From NCBI RefSeq assembly GCF_009914755.1, contig NC_060947.1: 64,000 bases of DNA, one strand, 5' to 3'. How positions within the stretch are numbered: the first letter of the stretch is position 1; each line of letters opens with the position of its first letter. Position numbers and translations under genes: made by a program. Source of the DNA: the human T2T-CHM13v2.0 reference genome, Homo sapiens. Below the pieces are notes generated by a model. That model saw only the letters and a list, made by a program, of their open reading frames with translations, ran no database searches and was not told the origin of the DNA. Shown one piece after another: positions 39,096-54,699 of this stretch.

Positions 39096-39794
39096 CAGGG
39101 GTTCTTATACTGGGGTCCATGAAGAGATTTTAGGGGGTCTGTGAATTTGGATGGGAAAAATTACATCTTTATTTTACTGACTTTTAACTATAACTTAGTG
39201 TTTCCTTCAACTATGAATGTATAAATCATAGTTAATATTAGCAGCACCTGTGACTTTGTCACCAACAAAAATCATAAAATTTTTTATATCACATTACAGG
39301 TGTTGTATTAATAGATATCTCAAAATATCATTTAGGATCACTGCCACTTCAAAATCATCATAGTTATTAAACCAATCAGTAGACCTTATTACTTGGAAAA
39401 CTGCCTGCTGCCTGCTTTTGTAGCTCAAGTTTTATCGGAAGATAGTCATGCTAATTCACGTATATATTTTATCTTTGGCTGCTTTCATGCTACAATGGCA
39501 GAGTTGAGTAGTTCCAAGAGACTATATTGCCCACAAAGCTAAAAACATTTATTATCTAACCCTTTAGAGAAAAAGGTTGCTGACTTCTGATTTTAACATA
39601 CTAATATAGAGGCACATATATTATTATGTTACAACCTTTAAAAATTATTCTAACTATATTTCAAAATAATTGGTCTCCTTTTAATTCTATGGATTTCATT
39701 TTATTTATTTAAAAACATTATTCTGAACAGACTTCCATAAGCCTCACCAGACTAACAAAAAGGTCCATGGACTTAAAAAATGCGAGGACCTCTC
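39096..39794. mobile_element. Charlie4a hAT element with nested MER58A
   Basis: caggggttcttatactggggtccatg...ggatgggaaaaattacatctttatttt...cctgtgactttgtcacc...ctcaccagactaacaaaaaggtccatgg. Confidence 0.85.
39395..39589. mobile_element. MER58A
   Basis: ggctgctttcatgctacaatggcagagttgagtagtt...cccacaaagctaaaaacatttattatctaaccctttagagaaaaaggttgctgacttctg. Confidence 0.85.
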
Positions 39795-39979
39795 GACTAG
39801 CTTGAGAATCAATCTCAAATTTTATTAGTGAGCATATAGACTTAGTTTGTGGACACCTCTTTGCCCCCGAACTAAAGGCAAATAGACTTAACTACTTACC
39901 TGGATTTTCCTTTGCTCTTCATTTTACTTGGATGCCTTGTTACCCTAATCTTGTTTTATTATGTGTTATTTTGTCAAAT

Positions 39980-41690
39980 AATTCATTTACTCAACAATTA
40001 TTAACTGAATGTATACTATGCACGAGGCACTGGAGATATGGCAGTAAACAAAACAGATCAATCCCTGCCCACAGAGAGCTTGCTTACATTCTAGCTAGGG
40101 GAGATATACACTAAAAGAAGTAAGTAAAACCATAATATTTAAGATGATAAGGGTATAGATGAACATAAAGCAGAAAAGGTTAATGCACTTTGAAATGGGA
40201 AACGGGAAAGGCTTCATAGAGAAGCTGCTTTTGTGCAAAGACTTGAAGGAGGTGGGGGAGTGAGCAGTCATGGGAACTGGGGATGGACATACTAGGCAGA
40301 AGGAGCAGCTAGTGCCAAGACTCTGAGGGAAGAGCATGCCTGGCATCCTCCAGCAAGCAGGCCAATGTGATTGGAATAGAAATAAGCCAGGGATAGTGAG
40401 TAGTAGAAGATCAAGGTATAATGAAGCCAGGAACTCTCAACCCTTTCTGGTTCTCAGAATCACCTGAGGAACTATGAAAAACTGCAGACACCTGGGCCAC
40501 ACTACATATTATCACTCCTGGAGATATGGCTTCATTTTATTTGGGAGTGAGGACCAGACATTTTTTAAAAAGTTCTCCAGGTGATTCTAATGTATAGTAA
40601 TGATTAAAAACTACTGGGGTAGGGCCATAGGCCATTGTATAGACATTAGCTGTTGCTTCAAATGAGATGAGGAGCCATTGCAGAATTTTGATAAGAAAGG
40701 TGGCATGCTCTGACTTATGCTTTAACAAGATCACTCAGGCTGCTGTGGGTTAGAAGGTTAAGGGTGAACAGGGAGACCCATTAAGAGGCTTTTGCAATAA
40801 TCCAAATATGCCACAATGATTGCAGTAAAGTTGGTAAAAAGTGGTTAGGGTCCAAATATATTTTGAAGGTGAAATCATTAAGATTGAATGTAGACTGAGG
40901 TGAGGGAATGAGAAAAAAGGAAGAGTCAAAGGTGATGCCAAAGTTTTTGGCCTAAGCACTTGGAAGATTGCATGTCCATTAATTGAAATGAGCCAGACAA
41001 TGAAAAGATCAGATTGTGGGGAAAATATCAGCAGTTTGGTTTCGGACATATTAAATTTCAGATTCCTATTAGACATCCAAATGGAATGACAAGTAGTCAG
41101 TTGGATATACAAATCTGGAGTTTGGAAGAGAGATCTGGGCTGCAGATATAAATCTGGGGATTCAACAGCATGTAGGTGGTATTTAACGTCACAAGACAGA
41201 ATGATATCACTGAGGGAGTGATTATGAATAGAAGTGAGAAGCTGTCTAGGACTCTGACATTAAGAAGTTGGAAATATGAAGAACCCGCAAAAGGAAACTG
41301 GAGCAGCTAGGGAAATAGGAAAAAGAAAAACAGGGATAATGTCCTGGAAGACAAAGGAAGGATCTGCTATAGGAAATAGTGCTAAAAGGTCAGTGAGAGC
41401 TGAGAATTGACCTTGGCATTTAGCTATGAGGAGGTCACTGGTGACCTTGACAAGAGCAGTTTCAGCAAAGTGTTAGGAGTGTAAGTCTGACTGGAGTGGA
41501 TTCAAGAAACAATGGGAAGAGAGACAATAAGTAGAGATAATTATTTTAATGAGTTTTTGCTGTAAAGGAAGACAGGAAAATTGACTTTTTAAAATAATAC
41601 AAATGATTACAGCACATTTGAAGGCTGATGGGAATGATTGCGTGAAGAGAGAAAAATTGTTGACATGAGAGAGAGGGAAGAATTACCAGA
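39980..41690 (-). mobile_element. Long L2 fragment
   Basis: attcatttactcaacaattattaactgaat...gatcactcaggctgctgtg...cctattagacatccaaatgga...gaggtcactggtgaccttgacaagagcagtttcag. Confidence 0.9.
40428..40618. mobile_element. MER5A/B inside L2
   Basis: tctcaaccct...cagaatcacctgaggaact...tttttaaaaagttctccaggtgattctaatgtatag...aaaactactg. Confidence 0.75.
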
Positions 41691-41699
41691 GCAAGTCAA

Positions 41700-41938
41700 T
41701 ATATTTAAGGAAGAGTCAGGCTGCCTTGGTTCAAAACCTGGCTCTACCCATGTTAAGCTCTGAGACTTTGGGAAAATTACCTTCTCTGTAATTCTCTGTG
41801 TCTCAATTTCCGCATCTAAAAATAGAAATATAATAGTACCTGCCACAGGTTGTTCTGACTATTGAGTTAGATATTATCTAAAATATTTATTAGCACATAG
41901 TAGGGGCTCAAAAAATGTTAGCTAGTAGTAGTTATAAT
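41700..41938 (+). mobile_element. MIR
   Basis: gagtcaggctgccttggttcaaaacctggctctacc...tgtctcaatttccgcatctaaaa...ctcaaaaaatgttagcta. Confidence 0.85.
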
Positions 41939-41975
41939 TACATTCCTCTCTTAAAACACTGCTTAAGATTTATTT

Positions 41976-42279
<304 letters not shown>

Positions 42280-42494
42280 TAAGATTTATTTTTCTGTAGA
42301 CCTTCCTGACGAAGTAATCCCCACCCCATCCCAACCCCAAGTTCAGTAACTCTAATCACTCAACCTATCTCTTGGCACTTAATGGATATATGGCCATACA
42401 GTCATGCTGATATTTGCTTCTGTTTTCTCTTCTCATATGTCATTTCTGTACCTACATTTCCACAAAGCCCTTCTTTCCCCAAGGGAGAAAGTAC

Positions 42495-42742
42495 TGACTG
42501 TAGGAGTTAAGAGCACGGGCTTTCAAGTCAACTGGTCTTGACTTGGATTCCAGCTCTATTACTTGCTGACTGTAGTAAAGTCTGTCTGTAAGTCTGTCTT
42601 TACTATCTGTAAAGTAAGAATAGTAATATTACCTACCTCACAGAATCATTGGAAGAATTAAATTAGTTAATACACAAAAAGCACTTACAACAGTATTTGG
42701 CACATAAATTAATGTACAACATATTTTTGTGATTACTATTAT
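42495..42742 (+). mobile_element. MIR
   Basis: gttaagagcacgggctttcaagtca...attccagctctattacttgctgactgt...tacctacctcacagaatc. Confidence 0.85.
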
Positions 42743-43279
42743 TCCTAGAAACCAGCAACTACATCTTCTATTTGACACCATTCCCTACCCAACATCCTAC
42801 CATGAACACAACTTGGTCCAAATCCACTCTTTCCTCAATCAGGGCTTTGTATTCAGGAACATTTTTGATATAGTATTTACATCTTGACTAATGGCCCTAC
42901 CTGCCGGCTGGGGACATCTGTGCAAAATGTAATAAAAGCCCTCTTTTTCTCCAAGTGACTTGAAAGAATTTTACCAATGGGCCATTCATTCCCATCTCAG
43001 TAGTGCAACTATATCCAAAAAATTTTTTCAATTGAAACAAAAACAAGAATGGCTCTATTTAGATACCCAGAATTTTAAACTTAATGTTTACACCAATTAA
43101 ATTTGTTAAAACAATATTTCCTTTATATTTTTCTCCCTTTCTTTTTTGTGGAAGGTAAGAGGGACTCTACATAGCTAACTTCCATTCACCGTTTAAATCT
43201 CAACTTAGACTTTACTTACTCCAGGGAGTCCTTATTTCCTGTTAAGCACCCCTTGTGTTTGTGCTCACCATGGCACCAA

Positions 43280-43851
43280 TCACAATATTTCCTCTGTACC
43301 CATGGATTCAATCAACCACAAATTGAAAATGTAGTTAGGTCTATGATAGTTGCATCTGTACTGCACATGTACAGACTTTTTTTTCTGGTCATTATTCCCT
43401 AAACGATGAGTATAATGACTATTTACATAGCATTTACATTGCTTCATTTCAGTGAAGTGGTAGGGGTGTAAGTGTGACTGGAGTGGATTCAAGAAACAAT
43501 AAGAGAAGAGACAATAGCAACAGTAAGTAGAGACAATTCTTTTAACAAGTTTTTGCTGTAACAGGAGACAAGAAAATTGACTTTTTAAAATAATACAAAT
43601 GATTACAGTACATTTGAAGCCTGATGGAAATGAGCCTTCAAATTAAGTTGCATTAGGTATAAGTAATCTAGAGATGACTTACACTGCATTTGGTATAAGT
43701 AATCTAAAAATGACTTAAAGTATACTGGAGGATGTACATAGGTTATATGCAAATGCTGCATCATTTTGTATCAGGAGCTTGAGCATCCTTGGATTTTGGT
43801 ATCCACGAGGGTTCTGGAGTCAATACCCCATAGATACCAAGAGACAACTGT
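43280..43851. mobile_element. Tigger4(b) DNA transposon carrying a foreign insertion
   Basis: ccatggattcaatcaaccac...gttgcatctgtactgcacatgtacagactttt...ctatttacatagcatttacattg | gcattaggtataagtaatctagagatga...cttgagcatccttggattttggtatccacg...gagacaactgt. Confidence 0.88.
43447..43633 (+). repeat. Dispersed direct copy of 41460-41637
   Basis: Shared exact 37-mer gaaaattgactttttaaaataatacaaatgattacag and 26-mer tgactggagtggattcaagaaacaat. Confidence 0.92.
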
Positions 43852-44116
43852 GCTAGAGTTGCTTAGTTACTGGTCAGTCTTCCTCACTCCATAAGCATAA
43901 GTACTATGTTAATCTCATTCCCTAATGTCTACAACACTGAACACATAATATATACACAATAAATATTTGTTTATTTGTTATTATAGTGTTTTCCCGAACA
44001 GCCATTTTGGTAGGACTTTCCCCTTCTCAACCAGAAACTTTAATGTTGTGTAGGTATAATCATAGTTCAAAATAAAATGCAATGTCATCAGGGGAAACCT
44101 TATGTATAATCAGGTT

Positions 44117-44221
44117 AGAAAGCTATCTACACAGTGGTTATATACAATTTTTATGTGTCATCCATGCATTCATATAGACAAAGGGAAATTTAAAAAATAA
44201 AAGAAAGCTATCTACACAGTG
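44117..44221 (+). mobile_element. 65-bp retro-insertion with a perfect 20-bp TSD
   Basis: agaaagctatctacacagtg at 44117-44136 and 44202-44221; insert has an A-rich end. Confidence 0.8.
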
Positions 44222-44339
44222 AGATTTGAAGGAAAATTGGAAAGTCCCTATACAAAAATATCTGCTCTACCAGACCATCTACTTCAAGACTATAGAGTAC
44301 TACTGGTTCACAGATTATAGGGTGATAGGAAAAAGAAGG

Positions 44340-44572
44340 CAACATTCATCAAATGCCTCCTATGTACCAGGCATGTTATGTATGTTATCTAGTTTAATCC
44401 TCACAATGACTCTATGGAGTGCATATGATTACCCACGACTTAAAGATGAGAAAATAAGCTCATAGAGGTTGAATAAATTGCCCAGGAATACACAGAGAAT
44501 AAATAAAGAGCCAGAGATTAAGCAGAGGTCTGCCTGACTCCACGTGTGTGTGCTTTCTGTTATTCCACATTG
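44340..44572 (-). mobile_element. MIR
   Basis: cctcctatgtaccaggcatg...tttaatcctcacaatgactctatg...agatgagaaaataagctcatagaggttgaataaattgccc. Confidence 0.88.
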
Positions 44573-44657
44573 ACATCCAGGATACAGATCCAAGACAATT
44601 AAGTAAGGATGGAAGCAAAATATTAAAGACAGTCTGAGACTGTGTTTGTGGTGGCTA

Positions 44658-45040
44658 CAAGTCTGTAATCAAGGTGTCAGCAGGGCTGCACTTCCTCTGG
44701 AGGCTCCCAGGGGCCTTTGTCCTTGCCTTTTCCAGCTTCTGGTGGCTGCAGGTGTCCCTTGATTTGTAGCTGCATTACTCAGATCTCTGCCTCTATGACC
44801 ACATTGCCTCCTCTTCTCTGTGTCTTCTCCTCTCCCATCTCAAAACTCTACCTGCTTTTCTTTTATAAAGACACTTTTCATTGGATATAGAGTCCAGCCC
44901 GATCATCTGAGATAATCTTCTCATCTCAATATGTACAATTACATCTGCAAAGAACTTTTTTTCCAAGCAATGTAACATTCATAAGGCCTGGGGATTAGGA
45001 TGTGGACATATCTTTTGAGGGGCCACAATTCAACCCATAT
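44658..45040 (-). mobile_element. MLT1B/C MaLR LTR (partial)
   Basis: aatcaaggtgtcagcagggctg...tgccttttccagcttctggtggctg...gggattaggatgtggacatatcttttgaggggccacaattcaaccca. Confidence 0.85.
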
Positions 45041-45044
45041 GGTT

Positions 45045-45377
45045 TCTTCAAAGTGGAGAACATTTCCCAGCTATGGTAGAGGGAGATATGACTATGGAAG
45101 AATGTTCAGGTAAATGCAATGTTCCTGGCTTTGAAGATGGATGAAGAGGGCTATGAGCCAAGCAATGAAGGGTCCTCTAGAAGCTGAAAGAGGCAAATAA
45201 GTGGATTATCTTCTAAAGCCTCGAAAAAAAAATACAGCCCTACCTGCATCTTGATTTTAGCCCAGTGAAATTCATTCTGGAATTCTAACCTCCAGAACTG
45301 TAAGATAATAAATTTGTGTTGTTTTAAGCTGCTAAATTTGTGGAAATCTGTTACAGCAGTGGTAGACAACTTATACA
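45045..45377 (+). mobile_element. MLT1D MaLR LTR 3' half
   Basis: ctggctttgaagatgga...cctctagaagctgaaagaggcaa...cctccagaactgtaagataataaatttgtgttgttttaagc...acaacttataca. Confidence 0.88.
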
Positions 45378-45898
45378 GGCACTGAGGAAAGTTGAGCAGA
45401 TGTTTGGGTCAGAACAAGTGTGGAAGCCAGAGTCAAGAGGGCAGGTCAAAGACTAAACGGATATAAATTCCAGAAGGCAGAGCAGGGCAGACGGCAGGAA
45501 TTAGGAAAGCCACAGGAGGGGGAAGGTCAGGACAAAGAAAGTAGAAGAAATGTTATGCATTAGTAATATCAAGAAGCACGCTTGATAAGTTCTCTACCAG
45601 GCTAGAGAACTAATCTTAATATGGGGAGCCCAGGCCTTGTAGGGTGGAACATAGTTGGAGGCATGCTGCCCAGTTAGAATATGTGTGAGAAGGAAAGAGT
45701 GATATTATCTGGCAGGCATATATCTACATAAAGTTGCCTACAATTTTCACACACTTACTATTTTAAGTTAAGATAGTTAAGGTCCCCCTTAAAGTTCAAG
45801 TAGCGTACTAAGATCATCTATTTAACACAGAGAGAACTTGTTAGAAAAAATGTACTAATCATTCACCTAACAGGGTCTGAGGGAAAGACCCCCAGACT

Positions 45899-45965
45899 GA
45901 ATAGACAAGAAACAATAAGACAATAAGAATAGACAAGAAAGACTATAAGAATAGACAAGAAACAA
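45899..45965. repeat. Short tandem repeat, 3 x gaatagacaagaaa with spacers
   Basis: Read directly from the sequence. Confidence 0.8.
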
Positions 45966-46004
45966 CTAGGAAATGTTTACAGAATGGAGCATTGGCCAGG
46001 GACA

Positions 46005-46080
46005 AGTACTCAGCCTGGCACATGGTATAAAGCAACAAATGTTTGCTGAATGAAGGAATGAATGGATGAGTGAATGAAAT
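46005..46080 (+). mobile_element. L2 3' terminus
   Basis: gcctggcacatggtataaagcaacaaatgtttgctgaatgaaggaatgaatg. Confidence 0.75.
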
Positions 46081-46128
46081 CACTAAGGACTCTGGAAGTC
46101 TGTAGGACATGATGACTTAAAGAAAGGA

Positions 46129-46819
<691 letters not shown>

Positions 46820-46899
46820 TAATAGGTAATTGTTATAGTTTCTATTTCCCTATCTCAAAAGTAATACATCTCAAGGGAAAAGAAAAAAAAAAGTCTCAT

Positions 46900-48310
<1,411 letters not shown>

Positions 48311-51300
48311 TGGTGAATTTTCACTGGAAACTTGCTTGAATAAATTCAGAAGAGTGTACTGAAAGTCAAACTTAGTGAAATAATTTTTTAAACCTACATT
48401 TTCCATATTGCATCTTAGGTCTCAGCAAGTAATGGATTCTGATCTGCAAACACAACCCAGCATGCCAGCATTTGCAGATGTACCCATGAGCCAACCAAAT
48501 AGCAAGTCTCCTTTGCAAGCAAAAGGTCAACTTCTCATTGTGAAGTCTCCAGTTACAGACTCACATTCATTCTCAAATCACCCTAACACACAGAAAACAG
48601 ACATATTTACTTTTCTCATGATTCATGGGAGAATTTTGCTCTGAAACAAAGTCAACAGCCAAATCTCTCCTCAGCAAGCTGAAAAGCACATCCCATACTG
48701 GTCTCTGGGTGAAAGACCCTCTAGTAAACTTGGTGAGAGTGACAAGAAAAAAAGGGATTTTTTAGATTAGAAGAAAATGTTCCTATTTCACTACAGTGTC
48801 CTTTGGACCTAAATACTCTTCATTCTGAGTCACATTTCCTATGAGATGTTACCAAGGCAAATGTTCAGGGAAATAGCAGCTGGAGCCATTTGAGGGTTTC
48901 TAATTACAGGGCATTACAGGTACAATTTGTAATCCTCCTTGACAGATGTGACCCATTACATTAAGCATTGTTGGCATGTTCTACAAAGCCAGATGCAAGC
49001 TGGGATGTTGGTCTTTTGGTAGCACAGCTTTCTGGCAAGCTTCATCATTACCAGTAGCTCTGTATATAGGTAGGAGAAACAACTGTTAACATGATATAAT
49101 TGGAGGATCCTTTAAAATGGCCAGTGGATTTAAAAATATCTCACTCCACTCCATGAGGTATTAATACGCAAAGACATGTCCAGATAGTTCTGTTAGATTA
49201 TTAACTCTGCCGATATTATCCTATATTATTGATTTCAACATTTGGGTCAAAAAGATTTTTGGAGTCTGAGCCACAATGTTCTGACTGAAATATTTTAGAA
49301 ATTAAAAAAATATTCCCAGTGATTTTCCTTCAGCCCATGCTGCAGCTGAGCAATATCTATCTGTGTGATATAGAAATGAATGCTCAGTTCAAAGCATTTC
49401 AGGAAGAAACAGAAAAATATCAAAACAATCATCATTTCTGTAAGCAAAACAAATAACTGATCAAATGACTTTTAGACTTGCCAGTCATTGCTGAGATGTC
49501 CTGGAGGTATGGCCAGAATGCTCTGCAGTCACCAAATACAGAGAACTATTGTACCTTCCACACGAGTAATGAAAAGACTTAAAGAAGAATCACATACACC
49601 TTTAATTGTTATTATTTTTCTAAGCTCTTCCTTAAAGATAGAGAAAACAAAAGGATAATTTATGTTTACAGTTCTGTGACACATAAAAAAATATAATTAA
49701 AGCACTAAATCTCTACCAAGAAATGTGATGTACAGAATTCAATTCAGCATTTAGCTGGAAAGGAGTCCCTTCGGGGAGATCAGGTTGATATGTGAGGAAT
49801 CAGTTTTGAAGTCCCGTTGCTGATTTTTTTTTTTCAAGGGATGGTAGTTTGGTCAGCCTTACTCTGATTTCTCCTCACAACTGTCAGTCAGAATGAATTA
49901 CAGGACATATTACCTGAATCCCAACATCTAGCTACATTAACAGCCCTTGATTTTTGTTCTTTCAAATGTCATTTAGATATATGGAAGTCATTTTCTTCCT
50001 ATCATATTTCCAGCACCCTCCGACAGGCAGCATTTTACATTTCCCACACGAGAGGGCTTTTTTTTTTCCTCTGCATTGGACTTCAGAATACAGAAAGTTG
50101 CAGAGTTTGTTTATTTTTTAATCTTCTTTATTAGTTGCATAAAACTGTCAACAGCCATGCTAGTCTTGAAAGTATCAGGCTGATTTAAGAGAAACTTTCC
50201 TCAACTGGGTGGAGAGTGGGGCGAAGAGATAAGCAAATGGAAGAATATAGGGAAGGGGGCAGTACTTTTTTCCCTAAAATATTTCAATCTAATTTTTTAA
50301 AAGCATAGTTCATCCTTCTAACACAGTATTGGCTCTAATAAGGATACTGCAGACTCAAAGGGTCAGAATATAAGCTTTAAATATTGGGTATGTTATTTAC
50401 AGACTTGAGCACTGACCACATATGCATGCATGAATCTCGAAGAAGCATTTTTGGCTTTTCTCATGAAAAATCTACTGGGAGGCCATACATCTGAAAGCGC
50501 TGTCTTCCCTCCCTATAGGATGGGAGCCCCAATCAATCTTTTGTGTTATGACCAGATGTAAGTCTTAAAAGGGCAGTTATTGCAGGTTTTATGGAGCTGA
50601 AAGCCCGGATATTCATGAGGAGGATAAGTTCGTAATAGCCTTAAAGAGTAAACTATTCTTCAAGGTCCTAGGTTTCCACAGAGTGGCTGCTCCAGCAATC
50701 TGTAGCCATACTTTAAAAAAAAAAAAAATTCTTACCATTAGAAAACACTTCAACATTCACCAACCCAGCTAGAAAACAAGTATTTATTGTATTTAGAGCT
50801 TTGTATACTGGAGGGGTATGTAGAAGAACCTGGTTTCCTTCAACTTGTAACTTGTCAGTCTCCCAGGTTAGAGATATTTGAGGCTCTTTAAGCATGAAAA
50901 TGCCCCTCATTAACACAATGTCATTTCTTAGCCATGGCTTTGAACTTTTCCAAAAAACTATATGTTCAGAAATCCATACCACACCTTTTGAGGTATTCTC
51001 TTTGTTCTAAATTTGCCTCTTCCAAATGTTCAAAAAGGGGTCCCTGTCATTGAAGCATGTTCTCTACTCCACCACCCCAAAGGGACCAATTATTCCCTTG
51101 GCCTGCTGTCTCTAGCTCAGCACCTTAATACCACATCATGCTAAGACACTGAATGGATATATGTGAAGTCCAGAACTTCTTTCATTTCCTGTAGTTCATA
51201 CTGTCGACCCATACTAGAACAGTAATGGAAGAGGAATGAAGGAGACTACGGGAAATTAGCATAGATGTACTTCTTCTGGGACTTTCTGGAGAAAGTGTCC

Positions 51301-52019
51301 CCACTTTTGTTGCCTAGTTTACTTATGATAGAGAAGCCCAAGACAGGTTGGAGAGACAGGCGATAAGGTAATCAGAGTAATACATGGGATAATATGTAGC
51401 CTCTTACAATCTATGTCAAATTACACCATGTAAGTAGCCACCTATTCCACGTCCTTTCTGTGAGCTCCTAGAAAGCAGAGACCAACATGTGACCTAATTA
51501 ATTAGCTATTTAAACATATAGCTTTTTATTCATATAATGACCACTTCATTTAACAAACATTGGCTGACCTCCTTGCCCTGTGGACCAGGCTGTATTGGGT
51601 GCTGGATGATTTACAGCAATAAATCAGAAACAGGTGGACCTTCTGGAGGGAGAAACAATTATTGAAGCAGACACTCACTAGACCTGAGGGCACTGCACTC
51701 AGCTGAGAAGCACTAGAAGCAAAGGTTTGTAGAGGAGGTGAGTTCCACATGGGGTGACATTTAAGACAGAATCACTCTGACTTTGGGAAATATATCACTT
51801 AAAGCAACAACAAAAAGTTATGCTGCCAACTGTGAAATGAAAGGAGATGTCCTTCTGTTTGAAGGGAATTTTGTATGTAAAGGAAGTTATTCGTGGAAGT
51901 CCTAACAAACCCATGACAAATAGCACCAAACTGAAGTAGCCAAACTTTGAATCAACCAGAGCAAGAGTGTCTCTTAGCATTTCTGTGGCCTGGGAATTTT
52001 TTTTTTTTTTACACATTTG

Positions 52020-52300
52020 CCAGTTTTTATTGAGAGATCATTAACGTACTATAGCATGCACAGATTATAGGTTTTCAGTTAGGTGAGTTATGACAAATGT
52101 ATACACCCCTGTAACTACCACTCAGAACAAGTTGTAGTCTATTCCTACCACTCTAGAAAGTTCCTATTGTCTCTTTTCAGTCCTTTCCAGGTACAGATAC
52201 AATCACTGTTGTGAATTCCCCTATCACTATGGATTGGTTTTTGCCCATTCTTGAACATCATATGTAAGGAATCATATAGTATTTACTCTTTTGCATCTGG
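52020..52300 (-). mobile_element. L1MD/ME 3' end
   Basis: cagtttttattgagaga...tgacaaatgtatacacccctgtaactaccac...ggaatcatatagtatttactcttttgcatctgg. Confidence 0.85.
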
Positions 52301-54699
52301 GCTAACACACTAGCATTCATTCAGGGCAGCACACTTGAAGAGATTAAAAGACTCACAACAGCATTAAACAAGTGAGCAATAAATACAATACAATCCCCAC
52401 TACAGTATTTCAGTATCACACTGTGTTTATAAAAATACATAGAGTTACATATTCCTTTGACTGCCCTTCAACCCTAAGTGATTTGAGTTAAACTGTTTTT
52501 TCCACAAGAAAAATTTTCCTATGTTTCAAAACACACACAACACAATTTTTCCTTGATGCCAGGCTGACATGTTATGCCTATTATGTCTTCCTCAAGCAGG
52601 CTGTACGTGGCTCTACTTTCAAGCAGCACACATAACTCTCAAAGTAGGATCTTTCAATTGTGGCATAAATACAATCTACATAATGATTAAAATTTCATCA
52701 TGGAACTGGGAAGGCTTCAAAGATACCACTGTACCATAACACACTGGGTGAAAACTACTGCATAGAGGCAGCCATGCCAAGGGAAACAAATGTATCTGCC
52801 TCCCTATCCCAGCTTTTGTTTTACCCTCATTTCCTTACGAGGTCACTGAATTCCACTGCCTATCATAACTGGTTGCATCAGTTGGACTTTCCCTGCCCCA
52901 TTCAGCCCAGATGCTGCTGTTGTATCCCACTCTTTAATCAGAATACAGAATGCCACATGCTGTGTGCATCAGAGAGAAAACAGAGCAGAAAAGACAGTTC
53001 AATAGTGGAGTTTAACTGGACAAGGAAAAAAGAATGTCTTATATCCATGACTCAAGCCTTATATATTTCCTTCTTTCAACACTGGAAAATTGTCACGTTT
53101 ATGTGATATTCTGCATATGTGCAACAGTGCAGAGCTATTATGTGTATACGCTCAAATATGTACACCATACCTATGACCAAAAGCTGGTTCAAGATTACAA
53201 GGAAGGAGAATGATTCTCAGATATGTGACTACTGTTTTCATTCATATTTTTGTTCTCAGTGGCTTATTCGTTAACAAGAGCCTTGCCTCACTTTCTACCA
53301 CCTCTTTAATGGATTACTGATTAACTTACCTATCTATAGGGAAATCTGGCTACTGACAGACAAACACACGTTTTCAAACATTCTTGGGAAACCTAAACAT
53401 ACTTCCGTTTCTTCTGTGGCTACAATCCTCTAAAAAAATAGTTTCAACTTAACCCCAGTTTAGCAATTTGCTCTCTGCTCTTACCTGCCAAATATTGGGC
53501 AATGCTAGGTCTTTTTTGTCTCAATGTATACACAGGAAAGATGGGGATGTCTAAAGCTAGCCTGATGAAGAAGCACAGTTCACAGAATCTGGAAAGGTAA
53601 GGGAAAAGAGTGGCCTTTGCCTTGAAAATTACAAAAGTCTGTTCAAGGCAGAATTGTCCCGGATCTGGAATTTGTGGGAAGATCCTAGAGTTAAAATGTG
53701 TTTTTAAACGTATATTTTGTAGAGCAGCAATTCCCTACAGATATGAGTTACTAGATTCATTTGTAGGAGACAGAATCTCTTCTAGTTTTGACCATAATTG
53801 TGTTAAAAAATAAAAAAGAAGAAGAGAGGACTTCATGATAATCTCAGCACCCCCCTCAGTCCCACCCTGGATCTACAGGAATGAGGACATCATCACTTAA
53901 CATATTCCACTTTGTGCTAGAGTCCAGTTAGCCCATTTTGCTTGGGCCTGGAGGCTCAAAAGAAGCTAGTTCTGAGGATGTCTCTTCCTTATCCCATCAC
54001 CAAAACCTGAAGAGAAGTTCAAGCCCTGTTTTGTCTACTTAAGAGATCCAGGCTCACAGAATTGAGCTTCTCAGGAGTCTGTCCTTGTACAGAAATTTTT
54101 GGTGTTTCTCTTCTACTAATTACGACAGTGCTGAGTCCCTAGGGGCAGGGTGGAGGGTGGCAAGTGGTTGGTGGCTGAATCCAAGGTTTGTCAAAAGGCA
54201 AGCAAAATTTCCCCCTGCTGTAGGTCCAGTCAGCCTATCTCGCATTTTTCTGCATTTGGTCTCAAAGGAGAATGTAACTAAATATGCAAATTGAAAGAAA
54301 TCTGGAAGAAGACAGGAGAGAAGAAACCTGGGCGCCTTTTACCATTATCTTGATAAAATGGCAGTGACACGCACTATGCCTGCCACAATTAGGGTGATAA
54401 ATGCTAGTTTCTTTCAGGCTTGTTTGAAAGTCAATTATGTAGATTATTTGGAGAATACTGACAGATGGCCTTCTTCCCCATATGAGATAAACAAGCTGAA
54501 CTTTGATATGTGCATAGAAAACACTGTCATTTCTCAAACATCCAGGGCCCACCAAAAGACTGCCATTGGCCACTTTTGATGAACCCGGCCCTCAGGCCTT
54601 TCTTTTTTTTCCCCAGATCTCCCTCTTCTCCCACCCTCATGGAAGCTTTGCTTCTTTTCATCTTATAGTCAAATATTGATCCACTCGACCTGTCCTCGA

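Noticed and set aside
40750-41112. 120-aa ORF with WMSNRNLKFNMSETKLLIF
   Set aside because: Fossil L2 reverse-transcriptase peptide, not a host gene
45899-45965. Spaced direct repeats resembling a miniature CRISPR array
   Set aside because: 14-bp repeats with short, related spacers in a mammalian context and no cas genes; simple slippage
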